A stretch of 64,000 nucleotides of DNA from assembly GCF_009914755.1 (NCBI RefSeq), contig NC_060928.1; one strand, written 5' to 3'. The notes below the pieces were generated by a model. It was not told the DNA's origin and did no database searches. It worked only from the letters and a program-made list of their open reading frames with translations. The position numbers and the translations under genes are program-made. Numbering within the stretch: the first letter of the stretch is position 1; every line of letters starts with the position of its first letter. Below are positions 28,358 to 42,200 of this stretch, one piece after another. Source of the stretch: the human T2T-CHM13v2.0 reference genome, Homo sapiens.

Positions 28358-29291
28358 CAGTGGTTCACAAACTTTTTGGTCAAAAGCTCTTGAACACTCT
28401 AAAAATTTATCGAGGACACCAGTGACCTTTTGTTTATATGGGTTTTATGTACTGATATTTTCTGTATTAAAAGTAACAAACAAAATTGTAAATATATCTG
28501 TAGAAACTTATGAAAAGTTTAAAAAATTAAAACTATGGCATATTGATATAAATAATACACCTTTATAACTAACAACCATATTTTTCAAAACAAGAAATAG
28601 AAGCCAGGAGCAGTGATTCACACCTGCAATCCCAGCACCCTGGGAGGCTAAGGTGAGCGAACTGTTTGAACCCAGGAGTTCAAAAGCAATGTAGTAAGAC
28701 CCCATCTCTACAAAAAATTAAAAAAGCATCAACAGCCAATCGAAGTGGCACATATCTGTAGTCTCAGCCACTCAGGAGGCTGAAATGGGAGATTGCTTAA
28801 GCCCAGGAGGATGAGGCTGTAGTGAGCTGTGATTGTGCCACTGAACTACAGCCTGGGTGACCGAGTGAGATCTTGTGTAAACAAATTAATAAATTAATTA
28901 ATTAAAAAAGAGAAGAGTGGCCTTGTTTTATATCTTTGCAAATTTTTAATACCTAGCTATTATAAGAGAGCTGGATTCTTATAAATGCATCCATTTTTAA
29001 TCTCTTGCTATGTAATTTTAGGATTAAAGAATATAAAGTAGATAGTTGACATATAGTTGAAAAAGGGAAGGGTATTTTAATACTTTTCTTAGATACTTGT
29101 AGATATTTTTCCTGATACTATACTAAAACTTAAATGGTTGTTTCCAAAAGTTACTGGTAATGCAAACTCTGAAGCCATGTCAATCAACTTTTTGAACTTT
29201 GTATTTTTATGAAAATAGTTTTGATATTGTGGACCCTGTGAAGGTGTCTAAAAATCCTGAGAGATTCTGGAACATGCTTCAAGAACCACTG
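28358..29291. mobile_element. hAT-Charlie (Charlie1-like) non-autonomous DNA transposon interrupted by an AluJ
   Basis: Terminal inverted repeats cagtggttcacaaac (28358) and gcttcaagaaccactg (ending 29291). Confidence 0.75.
28602..28905 (+). mobile_element. AluJ (Jo/Jr-like)
   Basis: Diverged Alu dimer: gattgcttaagcccaggag, gaggctgtagtgagctgtgatt. Confidence 0.9.
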
Positions 29292-31814
29292 ATGTATACA
29301 ATCATATAATTTTAGACCAGGCATTACTGTGTACAAGGCATGGTTTTAGGTGTTTGGAACACAACAAGGAAGGCTAGCCAACCAGTTGAGAGAGTACAGC
29401 ATAAATTTAGGAAAGTGTTGGCTGAGTAGATAACTACTACTTGTGGTCCTGGTGTGATTATTGCTCATTGAACCATACCTGGAGTATAGGCATATAGTCC
29501 AAAGTGTCCCATTGCCCAGAATTTTCTGAACTGTAAGTAGGTAGTATTTACCTTCTCTTTTTGGATTTTACCTAACAAGGATATTAAGTCTGAAGCTGCT
29601 GGAATTTCTTCTTTCCAAGCAAGTAAACACAGGCTATCTGCAGAGAAAGAAATAAGAATGAGATAAAAATGGAAGGTAAGCAAAACTGAGCCAATGAAAG
29701 AGAAAGAAATCTGATGTTATTATTTATTTGAATTTTAGAATTCAGGTGAAATAACTCATCATTTTATCATTAATTAATTTTTGATGGTGTTCTATTCTTT
29801 GCCACCAACTGTATTCTTATTAATACAGAAGGTAATTAATAACTTTTCTTCAAATAAATATTTGAAAAATTAAATAAATCAATTTACAAAGATTATATCT
29901 TTGGGAAATTCTTACTTTTTCCCCTGCGTAGAAGTTGAGTACCCAAGAAATATATGGAGGAGATAATGGAAGATGATTCCATGTTCAGCTCAATTTTTGC
30001 AGGGCTTATAGAAAAGACTATTTAATGTCTTTCATAATAGGTCACTATCTGTGTCTTTTCTTCTGAAAAGTGATACAAATCCTTTTTACTTAATTCAGTA
30101 TTTGATTTATAACTTTCTCCAAATGTATTTCATCTGGCTTTTTTCTGCCAGAATAATTAATACTAGGAGTAAGAAACAAATGCAGACTTGAGAGTTAACA
30201 GATAAATTTCCAGTTGTTAAAATTATTCCCTACTTTGTCTCCCATTAAGATATGGCCACAAAGTAGACAATCAGTTCCTTTCTTTTCAAAAATTTATTAT
30301 ACTGATGATGGGCATTTACCTTAAGCTTGGGAATTTTAACTAGTAGTGGCTAGCATAAGAGTAAGGTTTTCTGTGCCCTATAGGTGAATTATGAAAGCGA
30401 TTAGAAGCTCTTCAAAAATAAGCTTCTACATGATGAGACATTAACGGGGGTCACATAACACATTACTGCCACAGTGTTTTGATAGATTGCATGTGGTGGT
30501 AACTTTTAAGAATAAATGTGCTCTCTGTATTATCTGTATTTTTACTAGGCAGTGAATCTAGTTTCAGAACCAATGGAATACTTTACGAAGCTAATTTATA
30601 TGTGTATACCAGATTTCATAATGAAGCATGGCTTTAATATAATTTCATTTTGAAAAATCTTTTATTTATTTACAAAATACTTTAGTGGGAAAATGTGTTA
30701 ACAGAGACTGTTTCACAGATATTGTGGGGGAAAATGCACTTCTTTTTAAATATAATCTATTGTATGGTCAACATTTTGACATATCATACTACAGGGGGAA
30801 AAACTTATCTATTAATACTGTAGTTATTACCACTTTCTATCCAATTTACTGTGATTGGCACCAATTGCTCATAATTGCTGTATACCAACAAAATACTTCA
30901 CTGCTTTATTTTACCTAACGTAAAGTTAGATAGAAATGTTAACGCTCTTTCATTTGTAAGTTCGGCTGCTTCCTATTTTATTTTCTTTTATAAATGCTTA
31001 AATATATAATCTATTTGAAAGCAATATCTTTCATTTTACATTATGATTGCCACTTAAATTATTATTTTAATAATTAAATCTAGCAGTGTGCACAAAAACT
31101 GTTGACCTTTCACTCATAACATTGACCAGTACTTATGGTCAAGGTCTTATTAGTTATTGTTATTGTCTGCTGAAAATATTTTACAAAGGTATACTTACAG
31201 GCATCTTCTCTATTTTCTTTCAACTGTTAGTTTTAGGTGAACCCAAGTGAATTTTTACATGTGATTCTTTATATCCAGTCCTCAGTTTGTTTAGTTATCT
31301 GCTCATGGAAAGGACCGTCACTTAAAATCATCGGAGAGTGTACTTCATAGGTCTGGAGCATTCCATTTACATAGCTTGCAATTGAAATGATGCCCCTTGT
31401 AGAATAGGCAATTTACACAAAATGTCTAACCTTGGTGGAACATGGTAGGTTAGGCTTTGATCCATATTACTTTCCTTACACTTCTTGTTAAGGCCAAATT
31501 TCTTAATATTGGAATATATCCCCAAGTATCACAGCCCCGAATGCTCCAAGTTTGACAGGTTTTGAATTCTCCTTAACAGAGATGCTGACAATTGATAATT
31601 AATTAGTCAATTTGGAATTGCAATCCCTTGTGCTCTCCTTATGACAGTAATATACTGTATGACAGAAACCCATCTTGAGTAGACACTGACAGAATTTTCC
31701 ACCAGCACCATAAGAGGATTACTTCACATCTTTGCAAACACTTGGTGTTGTCAGAATTTTTGGTTAATCTAGTGTATGTCATTATATCTAAAGTGGGTTT
31801 AGGTATTTTTTTTT

Positions 31815-34206
31815 TGGTGGCAGGGATAAGATGGCTGACTAGACACGGCCGGGAAACGTCACTTTCATGGAGACAGACCAAGGTTTTGAGTAAACAAATG
31901 TAATTTGAACAGATCTTCAGAGAGAAAACACCAATAGTGGATGGAGATGTGAAGCAGACACTGAGGTTGAGGAAGGAGGAGGCTGGGAACCCTACGTGGG
32001 GTATTCCAAATGGCTCCTGGGAAATGGGTGAGTAAAGGGAGTGTGGGACTGCCCACCTTCTCTGAAAACCTCTGGAATCCTGGCTGAAGGTGATCCCATG
32101 TCTTCCATGGACATTTGAGCTGACAGAGGGATCTGCCCACAGAGTAGATTGAGACAGGGTTTCAGCTGGTGTGGAACCAGGGGTCTTTGTGCATGGTGTA
32201 GCTCTGGTGGAGTGTGGCCATAGGCTTCCATTACCCAGGGCTCCTCATCTCCGTCCAATAATCTCTAGTCCCAGCTGACCGCTGGGCAAAGAGAATGTGG
32301 CACCGACTTACCCATGGGACTAGGGCACATCTGTTTTGCAGGCCCTCCCGTGGCACCTGTATGACCTCCTTGCAAGACCATGTGCACAGTGCAGCCTCCG
32401 CTGCCTAGCCAGGGTGCTTTGATCCACCTGATTATGTTCCTTGCAGCCTGGGAGCACTTCAGATACCCAGTCACACCCAGAACCTGACTCAGAGGGTCCA
32501 AAGGACAAAGCCGCCAGCTGATCTTGGGCCCTCAGGGCTGCAACATGTAACTTAGGAGGGCCAATCTGAGATCTATGGCCAGCACTTGAGCGGGAGAGAA
32601 GCCCACACTCTCACAGCAATAATACGGGTGAGATGTGTGGGTTTGTGGGCTGGAGTGGGAGTGGGATGTGCCTTCCTCTACAGGGCAGTCCTGGAAAGGG
32701 TGTGTGCCTATCTCCCTGTTATGGCCTCTGCCTAGGGAACCCCACAGCCTGGAACCACTAACAAAAGAAATGTGGGTGCAGGGCCAGTGATAAGATGGGG
32801 TTGCCTCAAAGCCCAGGAGTGGGCCAGGTAAGAGGGGTCACTTCTCTGTCCCTTGAACTGCAGAACACAACTGCACCATTTACTGAATTGCAGCCTAAAC
32901 TATAATACAAAAAGTATTTTTCTAACATACTTCCCTGTGAAATCAAGGGCAAGAATTCAGCCATAAAGACCCTGTCCAGAGCCCTGGCCCTGTGAAAGTA
33001 TCTAGAAATGAAGGCAATTGACCACACACAAGTTACACCACAGTTAAAAGAACATCAACCCTCCCAGAGGAGAAAGAATCAGTGCAACAACTCTGGAAAT
33101 TTAAAAAGCCAGAGTGTCTCCTACTTTCAAACAAGTTCAACAGGTCTCCAGCAACGGTTTTCAATCAGTCTGAAATGTCTGAAGTGACAGACATAGAATT
33201 CAGAATCTGTATGGCAAAGAAGCCCATGAAGATCTAGGAGGAAGTTGTGACCCAATATAAGGAAGCTGGTAAAATGATACAAGAACAAAAAGATGAAATA
33301 ACCATTTAAATAAAGAATCAAACTGAATTTCTAGAACTAAAAAATTCACTACAAGAATTTCATAATACAATTAGAAGTACTAACGTTGGAACTGATCAAG
33401 CTGAGGAAAGAATCTCAGAGCTAAAAGACTGGTTCTACAAATCAGCTCAGTCAGACAAAAGAAAAAATAATCAATAAAAATGAACAAAACCTCTGAGAAA
33501 TATAAGATTATGTAAAGAGACAAAATCCACGACTCATTGGCATTCCCGAGAGAGAAGGAGAGAGAATAAACAACTTGGAAAATATATTTAAGGATATAGT
33601 TCACAAAAATTACCTTAATATCGCTAGAGAGGTTGACATTCAAATTTAAGAAATATAGAGATATAGAGAATCCTGGCAAGACACTATACAAGACAACAAT
33701 CCCCAAGGCACATAGTCATCAGATTCATCAAGGTTAATGAAAAAGAAAAAAATTAAAGGCAGCTAAAAAGATGAGTCAAGTTGCTTACAGAGGGACCCCC
33801 ATTAGGCTAGCAGAAGATCTCTCAGAAGAAACCCTACAAGCCAGAAGAGATGGAGGACCTATTTTCAGCATCTTTAAAGAAAACAAATGCCAACCAAGAA
33901 TTTTATATCCCACCAAAATAAGCTTCATAAGTGAAGGAAAGATAAAATCCTTCTCAGATACGCAAAGACTGAGGAAATTTGTTTCAAGTAGTCCAGCCGT
34001 ACAAGAGGTTCTTAAGTGAGTGCTAAACATGGAATCAAAAGATTGACACCTACTATCCTCAAAAACACACTTAAGCATATAGCCCACAGGCACTATAAAG
34101 GAGCTACATAATCAAGTTTCCATAACAACTAGTTAACAACATGATGACAGGGTCAAAACCTCACATATCAAAACTAACCCTAAATGTAAATGGGCTAAAC
34201 ACTCCA
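31815..34206 (+). mobile_element. L1 (L1PB/L1PA15-16-like) 5' UTR, ORF1 and start of ORF2; 3'-truncated
   Basis: Starts ...aagatggctgactagac. GC-richer 5' UTR, then an ORF1 remnant. ORF2 start MTGSKPHISKLTLNVNGLNTP at 34144-34206, then an abrupt loss of homology. Confidence 0.9.
33010..34020 (+). pseudogene. Disabled L1 ORF1p
   Basis: ORF 33771-34019 reads YRGTPIRLAEDLSEETLQARRDGGPIFSIFKENKCQPRILYPTKISFISEGKIKSFSD, the L1 ORF1p C-terminal domain. The upstream part has stops and frameshifts; the start is approximate. Confidence 0.9.
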
Positions 34207-34899
34207 TTTTTTAAAATAGAGCGTTTTAGCAATAAATCCATATATTTATAATAAATTAAATTAATAAGAATGTGTTCCTATTAAATATATAATCACAAAC
34301 ATTAGTCATATATTATCAATATTATTACTCTATCTAAATTAACTTTATAATGCATTTTTTAATAAAAGTTGAACTAAAATACATTTTATACTGAAGATTC
34401 TTTTAAATAATACCTTAGAGTTTTCATGTGATTATATATTGATTTGAAAGGGGCTTCCAGTTCAAAAAGAGGTTGAAAAGTATTCCTCTATAGTACAGAT
34501 GAACAGGAACTAGAAACTAGGTTTCAAGATTTATATGACCTTGTCACTTTCACAATTAAATGTCCAAAAAGAATATTTAGAAATCACTGAAGAATGAAAA
34601 CAAAATAGATGTATCCATCTGTTGTGAGAAAAGAAAGAAGGTCAGTGTGGATAAAGCGTAATGAAGAGAAAGAGAAAAATCCTAGTGTTGGCAGAAAAGA
34701 ATGATGATCAGCGTGGATGAAAATGTAATGAAGAGAAGGGGAAAAGCAGGAGATGGGGTAAGAAAGGAATTAGATTATGGAGTAAACTTTGAGCCATAAT
34801 AAGAATTGTATGGTTTATTCTATACACAATGGTAAGGCTTTATGTTTTATGTAACAAAATGGTATCACTAAAGTAGCTGTAAGGGAAAAGCCTTATAGA

Positions 34900-35485
34900 G
34901 GTGTTGTAGTAGAAAAGTGAATTTCTTTTCTCAAAACATTATTACATCTTCTATTTTCTAGGGTTGGAAAGCTAAGTCTATTTTTCCAGCCTCCTTTTCG
35001 ATTAAGATTCTGGATGCAAAGAAAGTTCTGTCATTTAGACACTTTACATGGAAGGAAGTCAAAGGAACACTACCTCTTGTAGCTCCTGGATTTTAACCAA
35101 TATTTGACAGTTTGGGATCTTTTGAAAAAGATTCTAAACCTGAGGTCTCCTGAGTTTCAAGAAACAATATCACCATAGGTAACCTCTTGAATGGATACCA
35201 TAGCCTCAAGTCAGAACTGTGCCTATTCTCCAGCTCGCTGGTGTCAGAGGCTTCTGTGGGCAGTGATAATTCCAGACCCTGAAAGTCATAGGTATAGTCA
35301 TGACTGCAGTGATAGCAGTTACATTTCTGAGGACTGCTTATTATTCTGGGAGTGTGCCTCAGAGGCACAAGCTAATACTTGCTCCTTCAGCCTTTTAAAT
35401 AATTTGCAATCAAATATAAGCCTTGCATTAAAATGTTTCCTACTTAGAATGACTACAGTGGCTCTTATTTTTTTTTAACCAGAAT
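34900..35485 (+). mobile_element. Old ERVL-type LTR (LTR33-like)
   Basis: tttccagcctcc near the 5' end, and the 3' motif attaaaatgtttcctacttagaatgactacagtggctc. Family assignment from recall. Confidence 0.45.
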
Positions 35486-36339
35486 TGTTTCTTAATTGAT
35501 TATAAGAGTGGAATCAGGAGCATCAGTTTTAGGAGTCTATTACAGAAATCTAGGCTTGTGAGGAGAGCTCAGAGTCCAAATATTGGAAGTGAAAATGTTG
35601 AGATATAATCTTACATGAAATGTATTTGGAAGGCAGAAGTTTACCATTACAGCCAAAGTGTAAGGTGCTCAGTTTAAGGAATTCCAGTTGCTCATTTTTA
35701 TTACAATATCTCTTACGCTACAGATAAAGAAACCAGCGTGAGTATTTGACCAACTGTTAAGTATGTGCATTCCAATCTGTATCAAGGAAATAAGAAATGA
35801 CCAATGCATGTGTTCAAGCATCAAGAAGAGTGAAGAGTTTAATTTTACCTTATGTTCATGCTAAGCAAGTAGTCTGGCAGAGTTTCATTGTTATTGACAG
35901 ATGTTATTGTGTTCTTGTGTCAGAGACAAAAGACAGTTCATTACCAGAAGCAATAGCAGTAGCAAGAGTATCATCATTTTATATTAATTCCTGAAGCCCT
36001 CATTCCCACAGGCAACATAAAAAAAGCTAGAAAATACCTGTGTTGCATTAGAGGAAAGGAAGTCTTACCTTAGAGAATCTGAGTCTTTTATAATAGACAG
36101 TAAGCATGACTTTGCTTTCTTCCATGGGGCACATTTTCTGTTACATTGGGCAGCAAGCACACTTGCCATTTGCTCTAGAGGGAGACATTATCCTTATCTT
36201 TCGAGGCTATGAGGAAACCTGCTCTTGACTGTAGACAGAAACATCAACTCAATCTTCCAAACTTCTGCACTATACAACGTCTTTAAAAAGAACAATGGGC
36301 AGACAATGACAACATCTCACTCACAAAATGTGACAGAAC

Positions 36340-37340
36340 TATAGTATTATTTATGTCCTACTGGAAGAACTTTTATTAACATTTCTTGAAGTTCTCATCT
36401 TTGCTGATATCTTTTTTCATCTTTTATATGTTTGATATCTTTTCCGCCCTTTTGTTTTTGAAATAGGCAATTCCATTTTGTTCTAGGATGCCTTGCTTCT
36501 TCCAAAAAAGTCTGATGTTATTTTTACATTTTCTCTGAACATAATGTGCTCTTCGCTCTGACTGATTTAAGATTTGCTTTTTGCAGCTGTTTTTAACCAA
36601 TTTGATTTTGATGTGCCTATTTTTGTGTTTTTTATATTTGAAATGTGTTGAGTTTCTTGGATCTGTGGCTGCATAGTCTTAATCAAATTTTGAAAACCTT
36701 TGGCCATAGCTTCTTCAATAATTTTTCCTTCCATCCTCTTTCTCATATAATTGTATGCATCTTAGGTCACTTGAATAGATTCTACATCTCACTAATATAA
36801 ATTCATTTGTTTTTGTTGTTTTTTTAAACTGTTTTTCATTTTTGGTAGTTTCTATTGCTATGTCTTCAGGTAGCTAATGAGAACAGAAGCTTTCTCAGCC
36901 CTGTGTGATACACAGATATTGTTTCCATTGATTTTGGGGGAGTGGTTCCTTACCCCATATTGGGTATTGTCCTCATGGGTACATGCTGGAGTTCTCACCT
37001 ATAGACTTCAAAGAGCTACCTTCTTCAGTCCACACATTCCTCATTATAGCTCTGTCTTCTCTGATATCCTTCCTTCCCTGTGGACTCTAGCCACTCAGTC
37101 TATTGGACTCCCCGCTTCATCTCAACTCAGGAAGACTGCCAGTCTTCTCCTGGATTTCTGTTTTGCAAAGGTCTGGAAAATATCATCTCACGGACAATTG
37201 TAGAACTTCCCTTGTGTGTTTCCCTTCTTTCAGGAATTACTGTCCTTCATTGTCTAATGTCCAATGTCTTCAGCAGTAATGCTTCATATATTCAAGTTTT
37301 TAGCTGTTTCATGTGGGAAAGTAAATCCATTCCTTTTTAA
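36340..37340 (-). mobile_element. Old L1M ORF1/5' fragment
   Basis: tgttgagtttcttggatctgtgg...aatcaaattttgaaaacctttggccatagcttcttcaa is typical antisense L1M ORF1. Confidence 0.75.
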
Positions 37341-37587
37341 TCCATCCTGGCTAAGAGGCCAAGTTTCTTGTTGTTTTTGGTTGGGTTCCCAAGAAGTAGA
37401 ACATGAGACAGGGATTTTGGTAAAAATTACTTTTTGATGGAATGCATTTCCAGAAATAATTTCAAATTTAAAAAAATTCAGCAGCAGGAATAAGGATAAA
37501 AAGGTGAACAAAGTTGCAGTCACATGCAAAGTTTAAGACTGGCCTGTTTCATGGGGGTATGGCTCTTAAGCATACATCACATAATAA

Positions 37588-39241
37588 TGTGTCCGGAATT
37601 GGTGGGTTCTTGGTCTCACTGACTTCAAGAATGAAACCGCGGACCCTCGCGATGAGTGTTACAGCTCTTAAGGTGGTGCGTCTGGAGTTTGTCCCTGCTG
37701 ATGTTCAGATGTGTTCAGAGTTTCTTCCTTCTGGTGGGTTCGTGGTCTCACTGGCTCAGGAGTGAAGCTGCAGACCTTTGCGGTGAGTGTTACAGCTCTT
37801 AAGGCAGCGCGTCTGGAGTTGTTCACTCCTCCCGGTGGCCTCGTGGTCTCGCTGGTCTCAGGAGTGAAGCTGCAGACCTTCGCGGTGAGTGTTACAGCTC
37901 TTAAAGCAGCGCGTCTGGAGTTGTTCATTCCTCCGGGTGGGCTTGTGGTCTCGCTGGGCTCAGGAGTGAAGCTGCAGATCTTCGTGGTGAGTGTTACAGC
38001 TCATAAAAGTAGCGTGGACCCAAAGAGTGAGCAGTAGCAAGATTTATTGCAAAGAGAGAGAGAGAACAAAGCTTCCACAGTCTGGAAGGGGACGGAGCCA
38101 GTTGCCAATGCTGGCTCGGGCAGCTTGCTTATATTGCCTTATCTGGCCCCACCCACATCCTGCTGATTGGTAGAGCCCAGTGGCCTGTTTTGTCAGGGCG
38201 CTGATTGGTGTGTTTCCAATCCCTGAGCTAGATACAAAGGTTCTCCACCTCCCCATCAGATTGGTTAGGTACAGAGTTTCCACACACAGGTTCTCCAAGG
38301 CCCCACCAGAGCAGCTAGATACAGAGTGTCCATTGGTGCATTCACAAACCTTGAGCTAAACACAGGGTGCTGATTGGTGTGTTTACAAACCTTGAGCTAG
38401 ATACAGAGTGCCCATTGGTGTATTTACAATCCCTGAGCTAGACATAAAGGTTCTCCAAGGCCCCACCAGAGCAGCTAGATACAGAGTGTCCATTGGTTGC
38501 ACTCACAAACCTTGAGCTAAACACAGGGTGCTGATTGGTGTATTTACAATCCCTGAGCTAGACATAAAGACTCTCCACGTCCCCACCAGACTCAGGAGCC
38601 CAGCTGGCTTCACCTAGTGGATCCCACACCGGGGCTGCAGGTGGAGCTGCCTGCCAGTCCTGTGCCGTGCCCTCGCATTCCTCAGCCCTTGGGTGGTCGA
38701 TGGGACTGGGCACCGTGGAGCAGGGGGTGGTGCTCGTCGGGGAGGCTAGGGGCGCACAGGAACCCATGGAGTGGGTGGGAAGGCTCAGGCGTGGCAGGCT
38801 GCAGGTCCCGAGCCCTGCCCCGCGGGAAGGCAGCTAAGGCCCGGTGAGAAATCGAGCGCAGCGCCGGCGGGCTGGCACTGCTGGGAGACCCAGTACACCC
38901 TCCGCAGCCACTGGCCCGGGTGTTAAGTCCCTCATAGCCCGGGGCCGGCAGGGCTGGCCAGCTGCTGCGAGTGCAGGGCCCGCCAAGCCCACACCCACCC
39001 GGAACTCCAGCTGGCCCGCAAGCGCCGCTCGCAGCCCCGGTTCCCGCTCGCGCCTCTCCCTCCACACCTCCCTGCAAGCTGAGGGAGTGGGCTCCGGCCT
39101 TGGCCAGCCCAGAAACGGGTTCCCACAGTGCAGTAGTGGGCTGAAGGTATCCTCAAATGCCGCCAAAGTGGGAGCCCAGGCAGAGGAGGTGCCAAGAGCA
39201 AGCGAGGGCTCTGAGGACTGCCAGCACGCTGTCACCTCTCA
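37588..39241 (-). mobile_element. LTR12C (ERV9) full-length solo LTR
   Basis: tgtgtccggaattggtgggttc...gctgtcacctctca. 4-bp TSD ATAA at 37584-37587 and 39242-39245. U5 ~79-bp repeats, U3 CCAAT repeats and a CpG-rich 5' part. Confidence 0.97.
38150..38575 (-). promoter_or_regulatory. LTR12C U3 tandem CCAAT (NF-Y)/GATA enhancer-promoter array
   Basis: Repeated (g/c)attgg with gagctagata units. Minus-strand AATAAA at ~38043-38048. NF-Y/GATA dependence of ERV9 LTRs is established; activity at this copy is not shown. Confidence 0.7.
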
Positions 39242-42200
39242 ATAATGTTTTCTCCTACTGAGGTAAGTGAACCAGACACTTTGGCCTCCTTTTAAGCAGT
39301 CACTAGGCATGGGGCACCTGAAGGGTAGGGACACACATTCTTCCAGGTACTGATTTTACTGTGAAACAAAAAAATTCTTCCAAAATAATGGGGGAGGATA
39401 AGAGGTACTGTTGAGTTGTTAATAGCCCAAACTCACAGCAATAGAGAAAAGAATACAGCAGTGAAATAGAGTATCTGGACAGAGAATCACACCATCTATT
39501 ATATAAATCAGTGTGAATGACTCATGCCTAGAATTTATACAGTATGTTTCTGTTTATATAAAATTAAAAATGTCCATAATGAGATGTCTGATATGTAGGA
39601 ATCACAAATGACTCATATCTGTAAAGAAAGTAAGGGGCTAATGAACCCATCATTGACATAAGTTATTACCTCTCATTTGTTGCTCGTGAGGGTGGACAAT
39701 TCTGAAAATACTTTCTAATCTCTAAGGTGGGTAAAGGGATGTTTATATTATCATAATCCTTAAAACTATATGACTATATTTTACACAGTCTTTTTATGCT
39801 TACAACATGCTTCATATGCACAAGTGCATACTTACTCTCTTGGACAACAATTCAGTGTATGGTAGATGTCAGTGTAAATGAATAAATTCTGACTTCTTGA
39901 CAAATGTATACTAAGATAGGAACAGAGTAGTACCTATTTAATTTTCAGTAGAAACACAGGAGTATACTAAGACTCAACCCTACACAAGAATGCAAATTCA
40001 AAAATAAATCAGTACGCTTTACAGGATTTCATTCGGATAGTTAAAATGCAACAATAACATCAATGTCAAAAACTGTCACCTCCATTTCCCTCATTGAATT
40101 AGAAACTGAATGAATATAATATTTTTAAAGGCATAGATTATGATATATATAATTTCATTTAAAATAAATTTATTAGAAAGCTAACATAGCTACAATTGCA
40201 AATGATTTTCCAAGTAAACTGTATTATTTAAGTTTATCTCATGGATATATGTTAGTTGTGTGTTACAATAAACGGACTTTTATATTTTGAATGTCAGTAT
40301 AGGTAAGTGGCTTTAAATAATATCCATTTGTTTTTCTATTTTTTTCCTGTAACTACAATCAAACTCTGTGTTCCTTATTCAAGTAGACATGAGTATTTAT
40401 ATCCCCATTCAATGAATGCTGAAGCTTTCAGGAAGAAAAACAAGAGATGTGAAATTAATGTGTATTTGTGAAAATCAGACATTATTTTTTATTGATGTTT
40501 TCAGGCTGTCACACTTTGTGTTCTAATTCAGTGTCTTTCAAATCTTTTGAAAGAAACTCTTGCAAGAAATGCAATTTACATTGCAACTTATTATATATAA
40601 AAACATATATAGAAACAAATAAAATTAAAACACAAGATTCATAAAACAATTCTTGGTTCTACTACATATGATAAATACTCTGATATTTATTGATGCATTT
40701 TCTGTTTCATACTCTTTCATGCTTGCTAAAACTTGGATACTATATGTCAAAAAGCCAGTTTTAAAAACATAAATTTAATAAATACCCAAAATGATGCAAA
40801 ATGAGAACTCTTTTAAGCAAAATGGATTTATAAACTGTTTGTACTTTTATTAAAAACTGCAATTGTTCATCCAAATGGTGGACAGATGGTTATTTCTTTG
40901 AAAGAGAGGCCTGTCTTCATAAAGCATATCATTGTTATTCTAAGTAGAATGAAATACTGGGCCTTAATTAATGAGTGAGGTAATGATTAAGACATTTTGG
41001 TGGGCTTTAGTGAGATTTATTTTAAACAATAATCAAAGATTATACAACTAATATTTATTTCCTTCAGAGTAACAAAAAAAATAGTCTCAAACCAGTTGCA
41101 GAATATAGAAACAATTCTGTGTTATTACTTTAGAATTCTGTTCTTGTCTGCAAATAGGCACCCCTTTTTACCTATCATAGTCACCTATCATAGTCACCTT
41201 GTTCAACCCATTAAACTTGTAATGGTATTTGATCACATGAAAAGAATCCAATTGTACATTCAAGGACAGATTTTTGCATTAATTTATATTTAACCTTTAG
41301 GGTATTTTTTTAAAATGCTGTGGGCTCTCAAATGAGTTAGAAAAAAAGTTTTGAAAATGTTTGAATTAATTTCAACAATATTGAAATAATTCATTATCTT
41401 TCAAAGGGTTTATTGGCCATTGTATTGGATTAAATATTACATGCTGACATACACCATACTCACTATACATAAACACATTTTACAACAAACATTTTTTCTG
41501 GTCTATGACTGTATTTCTTAGCTTCCTTTTCTAGCAACTGGAACTATGCCTGGCATAGACTACATACTCAAAAATAGTTTTAATTAACTGAACAGCACTA
41601 CATAGTTTTATATAATTATATTTCTGTAAATTATGACATAACATTAAATGTTATATTGACCAAGAGGAAATAGCCTTTCAAGAAAGTAAAACTTCAAGAA
41701 ATAAACAGTGCTATTTTAATGAGTTATTGATGAATTGCTCCAGGATAGCAGAAAAGCATTTATATACTGCAGCTAGTTTAAAGACAGGTGACCTTTTAAG
41801 AGATTAGTTAACCTTTCAGCAATTTTGGAGAGTTACTGTTTTGAAAGATAAAGGTCAGAGCAGAACTCAGAATGCAGTTATTGTGTTCCCTGTGTTTGTT
41901 GCCATGCTTTTAATTTCCAATAAATTAATTGAAACTGTAGAGTCGCTGTAAAGGTAGATTTATTTTTAAAATAAAAGCAATCCTAGTTGCAAGTATTTTT
42001 CAGGTATTAAATATAAATAGTCATAATATGAAAACTTGAAAATCTTAACCCATTTGTAAATTTTACCTGTAATCCCATTTCATTCTAAAAGTTGCTAAGA
42101 CAAAAAAGTAAGTTTAGTTAAAGAAAAACACATGTTGCTTATGCTTATTTTATCTTTTTTAAAAAAAGCTTATTTCACTTTTTTGTTTCATCTACAAAAT

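Noticed and set aside
37640-38575. Regularly spaced direct repeats resembling a CRISPR array
   Set aside because: These are the known U5 and U3 tandem repeats of LTR12. There are no unique spacers or cas genes, and the DNA is primate.
38558-39245. Overlapping 130-aa GC-rich ORFs / apparent CpG-island gene start
   Set aside because: Entirely inside LTR12C; open frames are expected from the high GC content.
27255-40290. Isolated plus-strand GTAAGT donors (~27261, ~39263, ~40283)
   Set aside because: No convincing paired acceptor or reading frame; expected by chance in 64 kb.
40525-40775. Possible hAT-Charlie MITE, plus further faint MaLR/ERVL fragments (~14040, 18180, 22690, 29440, 35900, 37370, 48900)
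   Set aside because: Too degenerate to name or bound reliably without a profile search, so not listed as features.
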